From Moniliella sp. 'wahieum' (Eukaryota), in NCBI GenBank assembly GCA_003971905.1, contig RSEE01000024.1:682001-746000 (forward strand): a stretch of 64,000 nt of DNA, read 5' to 3'. The notes below the pieces were generated by a model. That model was not told the DNA's origin. It saw only the letters and a list, made by a program, of their open reading frames with translations, and made no database searches. Shown piece after piece: positions 1 to 11,246 of this stretch; within the stretch, counting starts at the first letter, position 1; each line of letters begins with the position of its first letter. Made by a program: the position numbers and the translations under genes.

Positions 1-500
1 AAGTTGCGAACATACAGCTGGGTGCGTGGGTCGAAGCTGCTCAGCGGACCCGACTGCACTCGGCTTCCCTGATGGATGGAAGAGGTGGCAGAGGGGAGGG
101 GAAGGAATGCGATTGTGGTTGAGACTGGGGTTGGAATGGGTCGGGGTGTCGGGGTGGGGTGGAAAAGGAGGTATAGCCAGGGATTGCCCCATTCACACTA
201 GGGCTTCCACGTAGGTTCAAGCTTATAGTTGAACTGGGGTTAGGACTGGGATGGCGGGGTGGGGCCGCCAGTTGGCCCATAGGCCGGGCCCAACGACGGA
301 TAGGAACTTGTGGAGCGTGTCGAGGCGAAGGCGGATGAGGAGGTGGAGCGGGCGCGTTCCATCAGCAGCAGCTGTGGCGAGCAGCACAGCAGCAGCGGCG
401 GTCGCAGCAGCGGCAGCGGCAGCAGATGGGCCTTCGATTGCATCTTCGAGGCTGGGGTCAGCGGGACACCCGTGCGGGCGGGTTTGTCGTCGGGCAGCAT
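1..500 (-). CDS. 5' part of a probable RRM RNA-binding protein, running off the window start
   Basis: The minus strand at 1-50 reads GPLSSFDPRTQLYVRNL, an RNP2-like motif (LYVxNL) after a Pro/Ser-rich leader. The start (ATG at 500 or 443) is uncertain, and the frame is interrupted by an indel or intron. Confidence 0.5.
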
Positions 501-2717
501 GGCCAGGGAGGGTGGAGCGTGGGGGCGAAGACACTAAAGGGACGAGCCGGGCAGCGGAGAGAAGGGCAGGGCAAAAAGACCAGACAAGAGACAAGGCGCA
601 TCCCACGGCACGGGAGGAGCAGAGGGCAGAGACCGAGGGGGAGCAGCAGAGGCTGGACGGGCCAGACGTAGAGTGAGAGGGGAGCGGCGGGGAGTACTGA
701 GTACTGACTGAGTACTGACGCTGGCAGGAAGAGAACCTGGCAGCGAGTGGCTGGCTGCGGCCGTATGTGGACCAGCTGCGTCCGGGCACCGCAGCACTGT
801 GCCAGCCGCCGCCGCTGCGACGGACGAGCAGCGTAGCGCGTGACGTCATGGCGGGGGGCGGCGCTGCGCTGGCGCCGTGCCGCCCCCGCGACCGACGACT
901 GCGGGTCGGGGGTGGCGCGGGGGGGTGGCACTGGCCAGGTGCGGCCCACCTGGTTCTCGCGAGCGAGCACTAAAGAGGGGCAGCCGACGGCGAGCGTAAT
1001 CGGCCCCAGTACGTGGCAGCATATATGTACTCAGACCGAGTACTCAGATCCTGATCTCGGGTCTCTCCTCTCTCCTCTCCCTCGTCGCTCGACTGGCGCA
1101 AAGACTCGCGCAATTGGCGCCCGCCGGCAAGCGCCAATGGCGCATCGGCTCGCACCCGCAAGCCTTTTGCTCTCTGCCTTTCCCCGCGCCACCGCCACCA
1201 CCGCCCTGGGCGTGACACCCCGGCCACCCCCCACCCCCTGCCACTCCACAGAATGCACCGGCAAAGCCACAGCCCTTATTCCTACTGACTGATCGCACCG
1301 TGACACATGTCCTCAGAAGCCATCCATGCCAACGACGATAGATGGTCATCTTCGCTTGCTCCGCGCGTTGTAGTTGTGTTGAACGTTGGCCGTCGGACCG
1401 TGTCAGCATCCACTGTCGCACTCCCCAAGCGAACCACAATCGTGCCGCAAACCAAGGTAATTGTATCCTGTGCAAATCCATTTGACACATGTGCATTCCT
1501 CACTGCATTCATTCAATCGGGGGTATCGCCTCTCCCCCCGTTTTCGCGTGTTGTGGCCTCCGCCGCGTCGGCTCTCCTAGGCTCATCTGTTTGCATTCCA
1601 AGCCCAATGTTCTGGCTCCGGCTCTCGTTCCCTCAAGTTGCTTTCGAGCCTCGCCTCTTTTTTCTAGAGTCAGTTGCTCCCTTGGCGGACCATGCGCTCC
1701 ATTTGGCCAGGGGCGCGCCCCACTAGCCCACCTGTGCATCTGGGTCGCACGCGCGAAGCGTGTCGCGTGAACCAGGCCCGAGAGGAGGTAGCTACGTCGA
1801 GCCACCAGCAGAACGGGAACCAGGTGGGGGACGACCAGCGCTGTCGTCACAGTCATTGGTGGATGCCTACTAGTATGGCCCAGCCGCATCCCAGCCTCGA
1901 CGCAGCTACTCGGTTGTCCAACCGACTGCGACTGCCGACTGATGCTGTGATGCAAGATGCAAGAGGAGGTCTTAGTCCAACGTCAGTCGGGGGGGTTGGG
2001 CCGTCCAGTCCCGTTTAGCGTGCACCACGCCTCCTCTGTGCACAGTACGAAACGCCTCAAGGAGCGCGCGCACCCCCGCCATGGGCCGAGGGGCTACCTG
2101 CGCTACAACTCGTCCGTTCGAGACACATGGCACCATGCGGAGGGGAGAGGAGGGTGCGGCGTCCTCCTCATGGTATAGTAAGTAGTAGTAGTGCACTGGC
2201 AGCTCAGGCCTACTCGGGTGCGAAGAGGCCCACGCGCCTGCGTGTGGGGACTTCACGTGGGCCGTGCTCCGTGGGATCCACCTCAGCGCCAAAGGATATG
2301 AGCAATAGGAGTAACAGGGAGCTTCTCTGGTACAATCCGCGCCAGTAGGCCAGGCACCTGCCCTTGGTCCGTCTGCCTGGACCTGCCTCGTGCGCTGGCA
2401 ATTGCCAGCGCTGCGCCACGGAACAAGGTACGGGAACGCATCGCAAGCCCGCGCTGCCTTTCGTACTTTGTACTTCGTACCACCACCAGCCTGCCTCGAC
2501 CCGCTGCTCGCCGTCCGGCGGGGTTCGGTTCGGTTCGGTTCGCCGCTCACCGCTCGCCTCTCAACTATGCGCCCGAGGCCTGCTCACGCATCGGGAGGTC
2601 CAACTCCAACAGGTAGGTGGCGCGACCGGCAGGCAGGCGCACACAAAACAAAGATAGATGTGAGGGGAGAAGGGAGAAGGGAGAAGGGAGAGGGGAGAGG
2701 AGGGAGGGGAGAGGGAA

Positions 2718-4908
2718 TCAAGTGATGGTAAGCACAATTGAGTGTTTGTGGTTGCGCCCCAGCTCTTGGCCACACACCTCAATCGCAGCAAACCATTTAT
2801 CCCGCAGCACCTCTTCGACCGTACAGCGTTGCTGGGGTCGGGGCAGAGCATGCGCTTCAACAGTGGTCGGCATTCTCGTGGGGTCAAGTTGGCCAACGGT
2901 CCTGGGGCCGAGGAGGCATGGAAGGTGTGTACAAACTGGTTGAAGGTAGGGTCGGCCATCTTGGCCACTCGCCAGGGCAGTTCTTGAAACTGCATGCAGT
3001 ACAGCACGATCCCCGCTGCCCACACGTCGACTAAGCGAGCATCGTACTCTTTTTGCTCAAACTGTTCGGGCGCAATGTACGGTTCGGAGCCACAGAGGCC
3101 CTTGGAGTAGTGCGTCGAGCGTTCCCAGCACATGCGAAACACGTCTGACACGCCAAAGTCGGTAATCTTGACCCGACCCTGTGCGTCGAGCAGGAGATTT
3201 TCAGGCTTGATGTCCCGATGCGCCACGCCCATCGAATGGAGATAAACAATGCCCAAGATGGTCTGCTTAAAGTAACACTCGATCTCCATGGGTCCCATGC
3301 CACCGCGCTTGATGGCCGCATACAGGTCGCCACCCGCACAAAATTCCATCACCTCGCACCAGTGCTTGTTTTCATCTTGGACCAGGTCCACAGTTTCGAC
3401 CACATTAATGTGGTGCAACGTTGACGAGATGCAAAATTCCGACGTGAGTTTCTTGACATACTCCTTTTCCGTCTCGTTTTTACGTCGCTTGCGAAACTCC
3501 TTGACCGCATACAACTTTTCCGTACTGCGATCCCACTTGTGCGCCAAGCGCACCACCGCCGTCGCACCTTTCCCAATCGCGCCTTCTCACACACCCCATA
3601 CTTTTTCAACAACGACACATTGTCCCCTGAGCCGACGCCTTCTTCGACCCGGCCTTCGACCCGCCCGAAGCCGAGCTGCCCCGCCGCGACAGTTTCGGTC
3701 CACGAATCATGTCCCGCAACGTCGACGACGCCGACGACTTGGTTTCCTCTTTTTCGCGCTCCTTGTCCTGCTCCCGCTCCCGCTCCCGCTCCCGCGACAC
3801 ATCCTTGCTCGGCGCCGGAGAAAGCGGGGGGGCACGAGCAGCCTGGGCCCGCGCCTGCTCTCGCTCCCGTGCCGCCGCAGCCGCAGCAGCAGGCGCTTCA
3901 AGGTGCGCCAACGCAGCTGCCGTCAACCGATCGGGCTGGTCACGCCGCACACTGCCCGCCCGCGCCGGCGCGGGCGCGGGCGCAGCCGCGGGGCTAGGCT
4001 GCGAACCAGCGTCCAACGATAACCTCTGTACCGGTCGCGTTAGGTCCTCGTGCGAAACGCCGGGCGGCCCAGCAGCTGGCTTGGCTCCCATCATGCGCTT
4101 CAGCATCCCGGGCTTGCGCTCCACCGACTTGGACGAAGGTGAGGGCGGCACCTTGGCCCCCCGCGCGGCGGACGTCGGCGTGCCGGAGCCAGAGCCTGAG
4201 GTAAGAGGCGCCGCGGGCTTGCCAAGCCCGGGGAGGGGGTAGTAGCGCCTTGTGCAGGAGCGGGCGTGGGCGCGGGTGCCGGTGCGGGTGCGGGAGATGG
4301 GGCCGGGACATGAGCGGGACCGGGGGCGTGCGTAGCTGGCGCTGGCGCTGGTGGAGCTGGAACTGGAGCTGGAACTGGAGCGGGAGCGGGAGGGAGCGAG
4401 GCTTGGGCTAGCGGACGAGGCAGGGGAGGACTTGGAAATCCTAGCGTCGTGGCTGGACTGGCGGATGAGGGCGGGCGGGACGGAGCGCAGGGGCGAAGGG
4501 CGGAGGTGGGCGAGTTGGGCGGCGGTGAGGCCAGCGGGGGGCGGGCCAAAGGGGGAGACTTCCCTTCGAAGGGCGGGGGGTGATCAGAGGCAAGGTGGGT
4601 GTGCACCACGACATGGTCCTTGGACTGCATCCCGCTCAGCCGGTGGCGCGGAAGTGGTAAGGGGCTCTCCAGTGGGCTGGGCGGGCGGGAGAGGTTGGAC
4701 TCGGTCTCGCTGTCGCTCAGCAGCTCGCCAGCTTTCGTGTCGCGCTCCCAGCCGGGCGCATGCGGGGCGAGGGGGAAGGCCAGCGGGGTGTGGAGCGAGG
4801 CGGGTGGCGCGGGGGCGGGGGCGCAGAGGTGGTGGTGGTGGTGGGCGAGGTGGTGGTGGTGGGCGAGGCGGAGGAGGCAGGCGCCAGGCTGGGGGGCGCG
4901 GGCGGCAT
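2718..4908 (-). CDS. Ser/Thr protein kinase, fungal HAL/Npr1/Hrk1 family
   Basis: Contains YAVKEFRK, KKLTSEFCISSTLHH, HRDIKPENLL, DFG, GLCGSEPYIAPE and DVWAAG motifs in ORF 2561-3556. The C-terminus continues in another frame (RCTVEEVLRDKWF, stop at 2718). The low-complexity N-terminus has several indels, so the start is uncertain (4908 or 4630). Confidence 0.92.
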
Positions 4909-5608
4909 GCTGGGAGGCGGGGACGGTGGTGGGCTGGAGACAGGCAGCCAGCAGCGGCGGCGGGCCAGGCAGGGCGAAAAGATGGCGAAAAGCAGGCGAA
5001 AAACAAACCAAAACAGGCGGAAACACGCGCAAGACAGAGCCGGCCGAGCACGTGGTTGCGGTGTGGTGTGCGGTGGACGGTTGAAAGTTGCAGGAGGCCA
5101 CTGGGCGGCCTACGATGCAATTGCTCGACGCCTCGTCAGATCTCAGATGGCGGCCGCTCGGCGACCTGCCACGGCCACTGCGCCACGGGCGGGTGCGTGC
5201 GGGTGCGCGAGCAGCACTGCGCTCGTCTGTGGCGAGCCATGGGGCACTTGCTACCGGCTGCGAGATGCTACTGGCTCCTAGTTGCTCGGTCCTCGGTCTG
5301 GGGACTCTTACTCTGTCTGCCGCTGCCGCTGCACGTGGGCTTTGTCTTTGTCTTTGTCTCCCTCTCTCTCTGGGGGGTTTCGGCCCGCCGGCCGGTGGTG
5401 GTCAGTATATCAGTACTCAGTCTGAGTGGTCGGTGGTCGGTGTTCGCATGTCGGGATTCGGTGTTCGATTCGGCCCAGGTCGGTTCGAACCGTAACCGTA
5501 TCCCCGGGTTCCAATTTCCTCCCTTTCCGTGCGGCCGCCCGCGCCTCCATTCCGCCCTGCGCTGCCCTAAACGTTTAACCCCCGAGTCAATATTCCCTCC
5601 CTCGTCAT

Positions 5609-5857
5609 GCAAAGCAAAGCAAAGCAAAGCAAAGCAAAGCAAAGCAAAGCAAAGCAAAGCAAAGCAAAGCAAAGCAAAGCAAAGCAAAGCAAAGCAAAGC
5701 AAAGCAAAGCAAAGCAAAGCAAAGCAAGCAAAGCAAAGCAAAGCAAAGCAGCAAAGCAAAGCAAAGCAAAGCAAAGCAAAGCAAAGCAAAGCAAAGCAAA
5801 GCAAAGCAAAGCAAAGCAAAGCAAAGCAAAGCAAAGCAAAGCAAAACAAAACAAAAC
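5609..5857. repeat. (GCAAA)n pentanucleotide microsatellite, about 47 copies, decaying into (ACAAA)n
   Basis: Directly visible, with two short interruptions near 5725 and 5750. Confidence 0.99.
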
Positions 5858-6277
5858 ATATGCATAACGAAGCAAAACAACAAAACGACAATCAAGCTTC
5901 AAGCAAGATCAGATGCACAACCCCACAACTCCATAACCAAAGCAGGTCCCTTGCCCGCGCCAAGCCACTGCACTGCACACGTAGTCCTTGCCTCTACCCC
6001 GCCCCGTCCCGTCCAGGCGCACGACGCGGCGTGGTCCAGCGAGGGGCCATGCCCGCTCATGCGCCCGCGTATGCGCCCGGGGCTGGGCCAAGCTCAGGGG
6101 CTGTATCACGGACGTGAGGCGTGCGCGCGCTGGCCACTCGCTCCAAATCGCCCTGGGGGTCGACGGCCACAAGGCCAAACGCAAAAGCGAAAACGAAAGC
6201 GAAGGCCGAGGCGAAGGCCGAAGCGAAATCGGTCGCAGCCGTGTGTTGCGTCCGGGCCCGCTCCGCATCCGCGGTGG

Positions 6278-8209
6278 CTACCGAACCGTGAGCTGGTCCT
6301 GCGCCGGCGGTGCCTCCTCGCTTCCCCAACCCCGTGGGAAAGGCAGCAGGGACCCTAGCGAAGTGGGCGTGACAGCCTCCTCCTCCCCTTCCTCCTGCCT
6401 CTTCCTCTCTTCCTGCCCCTGCCCCTGCCCTTGCTCCTCCTCAGGCACAGGCGACGCCTCTACGTCCCGCTCGTCGTGCGACGCGTAGGCGTAGGCCGCA
6501 GGCGAGGCGAGGCGGAAAGGTGTCCAAACGGCGACGGCGTGCGCGTCGCGTCCCTCCACCTCATCCTCATCGACATCTTGGGCTTGGGCTTGGGCTTGGG
6601 CAGCAGGGGCGCCTCGGACGGCGCCAGGCCAGCGTGGGTCCAAGCGAACAGCCGTCGGGCTCGCGGGGGGCGGGGTGCATACTGGGCTCCGTGTCGATGT
6701 CGGTGTCGGTGTCGGGGTCGGGGTCGGGGTCGGGGTCAGTGTCGGTCTCGGGTGACGCCTGCAACGGTCCGTGCACCCGGACCGGGGGGGCCATGGGCAA
6801 CGACACAGACGTTGACGGTGGCGTTGACGGTGGCGTTGACGGTGGGGTTGCGCGACGGTGCTTGATCCACCACTGCAGAGCCATGGGCAGCAGCGAGGCG
6901 GCGGTGAGCAGAGTGAGTTTGGTCACCATCTCGGGCGACCAAAGTTTGGCCTTGATCAAGCTGAGGCCCGAGGCGGGGGGTAGCGTTGGGCGGAGGGTTA
7001 GGAGACTCGTCGAGGGGCAAAGCAGCCAGGAGCTCTTGCGCAGATCGCCGAGCTGGGTCGTGAAAAGTTCCAGGTACACTGCCGAGGAAATAGGAGGCCC
7101 AGAACGGCGCGAGCGGCACGCGCAGCACGGCACAACACACGTTCATCGCGCTCCAGGGCACGATGGGTACCAGACGCAGGAGCACGAGGTAGGTCCAGGT
7201 TGGCGTGGCTGTCGCTGGGGGGCAGAGGGGGCGGGACAAGGTGGGACATGCGCGCGCGTGCCTGTCCGCCTTTCTTGGGTCGGGCCCTCGAGCCCGGGGG
7301 GGGGAGCGAAGCCCATGACGGCAGGGCGGTCGAGGACAGAGAGAGCGCACGGCGCATTGCCGCCAACGGTTTTTGAAACCCAGGCAGGCGTTCCAGGATC
7401 GGACCGACAGGCGGGCAAGGAGGTAGGACAAAGTCCCCCCCGTAGCAGTGAAGAAACAGGTGTACAACGTGGCGGCATACGTGCCGTAGAGCATGCCCAA
7501 AAACACATTCATCACCACCGAGCCCGGAACGCTCCAGGCGTGTTTCCACGTAAAGAAGCTCAACAGCACCGCCCAGGTGTGCACGGCCGTCGGCACAGTT
7601 TGGTGCGCGTACGTCTGGAGCGAAAGGACACGGTGCGGATCTCGGTGAGCGTCAGGTGCGTGATACCTTTGGCTGGCAGCGACAGGGGCAGGCTCAGCAG
7701 CCCACCAATCACCGCCGCCGTCGACAGGACAAAGAACATGCCGACGCGCAGAGCGATGCGCACCGACGCGGCCGATAAGAGCGCTGGTGCATCGCCCACT
7801 CGAGCCGGTGACGATGGTGGGGCAAAGAGCCTTGACGGGGACCAGCGGTACCACGGCCGTCGAGGCGAGGCGGACGCAGGTGCGCTGGCGTACACGCCGG
7901 CAGGCGGCACAGGGTCAGCTCGCCGTGCTCGTCAAACACAAGCGCCGAGGCAAAGGACGGAGGGGAGGGCAGGACACCGTGGTGGTGGCTAGACTGGGGG
8001 GGCGGGGGGTAGGCGGGCGGGAAGAGCGGTTGGGCCGGGCTGGAGGGCCGGAGTCGAGGTCGGATTGGGACTGGTCTACGAGAACGCGCGCTGGGGCAGG
8101 GGCATGGCCAGTCGCAGCCGCACATCGGAGCGGGAGGAGGTCGAGGGGGACGGGGCGAAGCAGGGGTGGGCGCGAGGGGCGGCAGGGCCAGGGGCGCCGA
8201 GGGGGACAT
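6278..8209 (-). CDS. SNARE-associated Golgi protein (TVP38/TMEM41/DedA-VTT domain), with frameshifts
   Basis: Shows WKHAWSVPGSVVMNVFLGMLYG...TATGGTLSYLL and LLRLVPIVPWSAMNVCCAVLRVPLAPFWASYFLGSVP, the typical VTT-domain helices. The N- and C-terminal parts lie in adjacent frames and the ends are approximate. Confidence 0.85.
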
Positions 8210-8273
8210 GGGGCAGCCGGCACGTGCCAGTGGGTGGGTGGGCGCAGGCACAACACACGCTGTGTGGGGAGGG

Positions 8274-8387
8274 ATGGGGGTGAAGATGGAGATGGGGGTG
8301 AAGATGGAGATGGGGGTGAAGATGGAGATGGAGATGGGGATGGAGATGGGGTGGAGATGGGGGTGGAGATGGAGATGGAGATGGGGG
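8274..8387. repeat. Degenerate (GATGGA/GATGGG)n hexamer array with 18-bp higher-order units, upstream of the TVP38-like gene
   Basis: GATGGGGGTGAAGATGGA occurs three times, followed by GATGGA/GATGGG units. Confidence 0.9.
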
Positions 8388-9544
8388 CGACAAGGGGCGG
8401 ATGGGTGCTGGGTGGATGCGTGCGCAGGGCTATGGCCTAAAGCACATCGGCATCATTAATCACGGCGCAGTAATCACCCACATGAGCAGCCCACTCGGAT
8501 GCCTCGGGGGCGAGGCGTACTAGGGATGCATGATGCAGGGTGCGGTGACGCTGTGCTGGTGCCACGCGACCAACCCACCCCCACCCACCCCAGCCCTGCC
8601 GCTGGAGGCTCAAGCGCGAGGCATTGGATCATGAGATCTGAGATCTGAGATGCGGATGGGTTCGATGGTTGATCTTCGGCCTGCGGCGCGGGCCAGTGCG
8701 GCAGGCCGAGGCATGCCGACGCAGCATCCGCTCGCCGCCCAACGCCGATGACAGCACAGCCGCCCTCAGCCTCAGCCTTAGCGCAGCCTGGGCGCGCAGC
8801 TCCAGCACTGCCGCCGCAGCCGCAGCCGCAGCGGCATCATCCATCAGCCACACCGCCCATCCCACCCAGTCCCCGCCCTTGCCCGCCCTTTCTCTCCCAT
8901 GCCCCATCTCCCATCTCCCATCTCCCCTCTCCCCTCTCTTCTCTGCGCCTCCCAGCCGAAGCACACGTTCTCGCCCCTGTAGACATGATCCCACCCCTCC
9001 CTTGTCCTCAGCCTGTGCATAGCATGGTCCGCAGCTGGCACATACCCGGGCATAGCATGCGTCTCACCTCCCCAGCCGCCATCTTTGCTCCCTTGTCTTC
9101 CGTGGGGGCGTCATGTTGGGCAGCGTCCAGCCACTCGCGTAAGGGCAACCCTGTCTGCGCCTCCCTTTGGATTCCCGCGTCGGTTGAGGTGTTGGTCTGT
9201 CCATGTGGGTCACTCCTCGGCGCTCTCCCCCGGCACGCTTGCACGCGTCTATCGCTTGTGTCCCAACCCGCCAAACCACATCGTCGGTCGTCCGGTGCGG
9301 ACGAGGTAAAATGCATTTGGCCTGCAGGTCAAGCAGATGTTTTTTTCAGCACGTTGGAGATGAAGGGGGCGAGGGGGGGCGCCCCCCCCCTCCGCCTTGC
9401 CCGCACGACGCAACCGCAAGACGGAGCGGGCGTACAAGGATGCATAGCATAGGCATAGGATGAGACAGGGCTCTCGAAAAGAGAGTGAGGGATGGGAAGG
9501 AAAACAAAGTAACGGCGATACAGCGCATGGCGAAGCACGTAGTC

Positions 9545-10306
9545 TTAGTCGGCCTTCTTGAGCGTACCACGGATAAGACCGGTGCGGCGAGCGGCAATGA
9601 GACCGGCCTTTTGACCGGCGGGGGCCCAGCGGGAAATGGTCGAGGCATGACCAATGTGCTGGTGGTTACCACCTCCGTGCGGGTGGTCGACGGGGTTCAT
9701 CGCCACACCACGAGTACGGGGCCACGAGTTGCGCTTGACGCGGTACTTGTGGAATGCGCGGCCGGCCTTGAGCAAAGGCTTGTCGATCCTTCCACCGCCA
9801 GCAACAATGCCCACCGTGGCGCGCGAGGCCGACGAGACAATCTTCTTTGCGCCCGAGGGCAGACGGATGCGGGACGTCTTGCCATCGGCATCGTGACCAA
9901 TCAACGTGGCGTAGTTGCCCGACGCACGCGCCAACGTGCCCCGGTCCCCTGCCTTCTCCTCGACGTTGCACACAATCGTACCCTCTGGCAACGCCGACAA
10001 AGGCAGCACATTGCCCACGGCCAGCGCGGCGCGTTTGCCGCAGTAGACAAATTGCCCCGTGGACATACCCTCGGTGGCAATAAAGTGCTCGGTGCGCAGC
10101 TTGTAGCGGTACGGGTCACGGAACGTCACCTTGGCCAACGGCGCGCCGCGACCAGCATCGTGCACGATTTCCCGTACCACCCCACGAATGTACCCGTTGC
10201 GCTCGGCATAGTCCACCGTGCGCAGCTTGGCTGGCGCAGTGCGGTGCGACGAGTGCGACTTGAAGATGCCGCCCGACTTGCGCTGCGAACGAATGACACG
10301 ACCCAT
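9545..10306 (-). CDS. RPL2: 60S ribosomal protein uL2 (L2/L8), 253 aa, no intron in the CDS
   Basis: Intact frame reading [10 protein letters not shown]...[21 protein letters not shown]...GLIAARRTG. Confidence 0.98.
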   Translation of the reverse strand: MGRVIRSQRKSGGIFKSHSSHRTAPAKLRTVDYAERNGYIRGVVREIVHDAGRGAPLAKVTFRDPYRYKLRTEHFIATEGMSTGQFVYCGKRAALAVGNVLPLSALPEGTIVCNVEEKAGDRGTLARASGNYATLIGHDADGKTSRIRLPSGAKKIVSSASRATVGIVAGGGRIDKPLLKAGRAFHKYRVKRNSWPRTRGVAMNPVDHPHGGGNHQHIGHASTISRWAPAGQKAGLIAARRTGLIRGTLKKAD

Positions 10307-11246
10307 GCTGCCTGCTTGCTGGCGGTTAGGCCTTAGGTTGGTGGCTCGGAGCAGGCGCAGAGGAGCGCAGCGGGCAGGCCTCCGCGCCCAGAGGGGCAGT
10401 GCCTGCCCGGCCGGCCCACACAGCCCAGGTGGCTGGGCAGCCCGGCCAGGCGCAATTATTCCATCGATGGGAGGAGGGGGGTAGGGTTGGGGCTCCCTGG
10501 TGTGATGCATGATGCATGATGCAGATCGACCGCATTGATGCATGATGCATGATGCAGGGACGGGCTCTTCGTGTGCAATGTTCAATGTGCAATGTTCAAT
10601 TTGAACGTGCATTGTTCCGAGGGGGCGTAGGGCCTACTGGGGGGACAGAGTGTGCTATGCGCTAGGGTTAGTCCCACGCAGCCTCGGGAGCGCAGTGGAT
10701 CCGGACGTGGCCCCCCCTGTGCGCCCGAGCGTTCGCCGTGGGGTACACCCGGCGCAGCGCTGACTGCTGACTGCTTCAGCTCGTGCGCTGCGAGCCAGCA
10801 AGGGATAGACAGGCCTGCCGTCGAATCTGTCGCATCTCCTCCACGTAATGGTTCCTCCGCTTGCCATCTCACACGCAGAACGCCGGGCACGAACGCAGAA
10901 CACGAACGTAACGCCCCGAGTCGGGCGGTAGGACATCCCACGTGGGCGCTTGCTACCTTGCGAACCTGACCCCGGGCCAGGCCTTGCGCTTGCGCTGCAA
11001 GCCAGGGACCAGGCCCCGCACTACGCCAAGCACGATTACCGATTACCAGCAACGAATGATTCATGACCCAACCTCAGCCCAGCAAGCAGGCCTCGCCACC
11101 GACCCGCATATGTATCAAAGGGGGGCGGGCAAGACCATACAGAAGCATACAAAAGCAGATCTAAGCAGACCGAAGCAGGCCGAAGCAGACTGGGCCGTAG
11201 CCACTCGTTGTGCTCTTGCGAGGCAGCGAGGTGGCGCGTTGGCGCG

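Noticed and set aside
1300..2500. Gene between the RRM and kinase genes
   Set aside because: Only short overlapping ORFs with no recognisable motif or consistent frame.
4351..6117. 588-aa ORF and the poly-AKQSK / poly-LCFAL ORFs
   Set aside because: These are shadow frames created by GC-rich low-complexity DNA and the stop-free (GCAAA)n tract.
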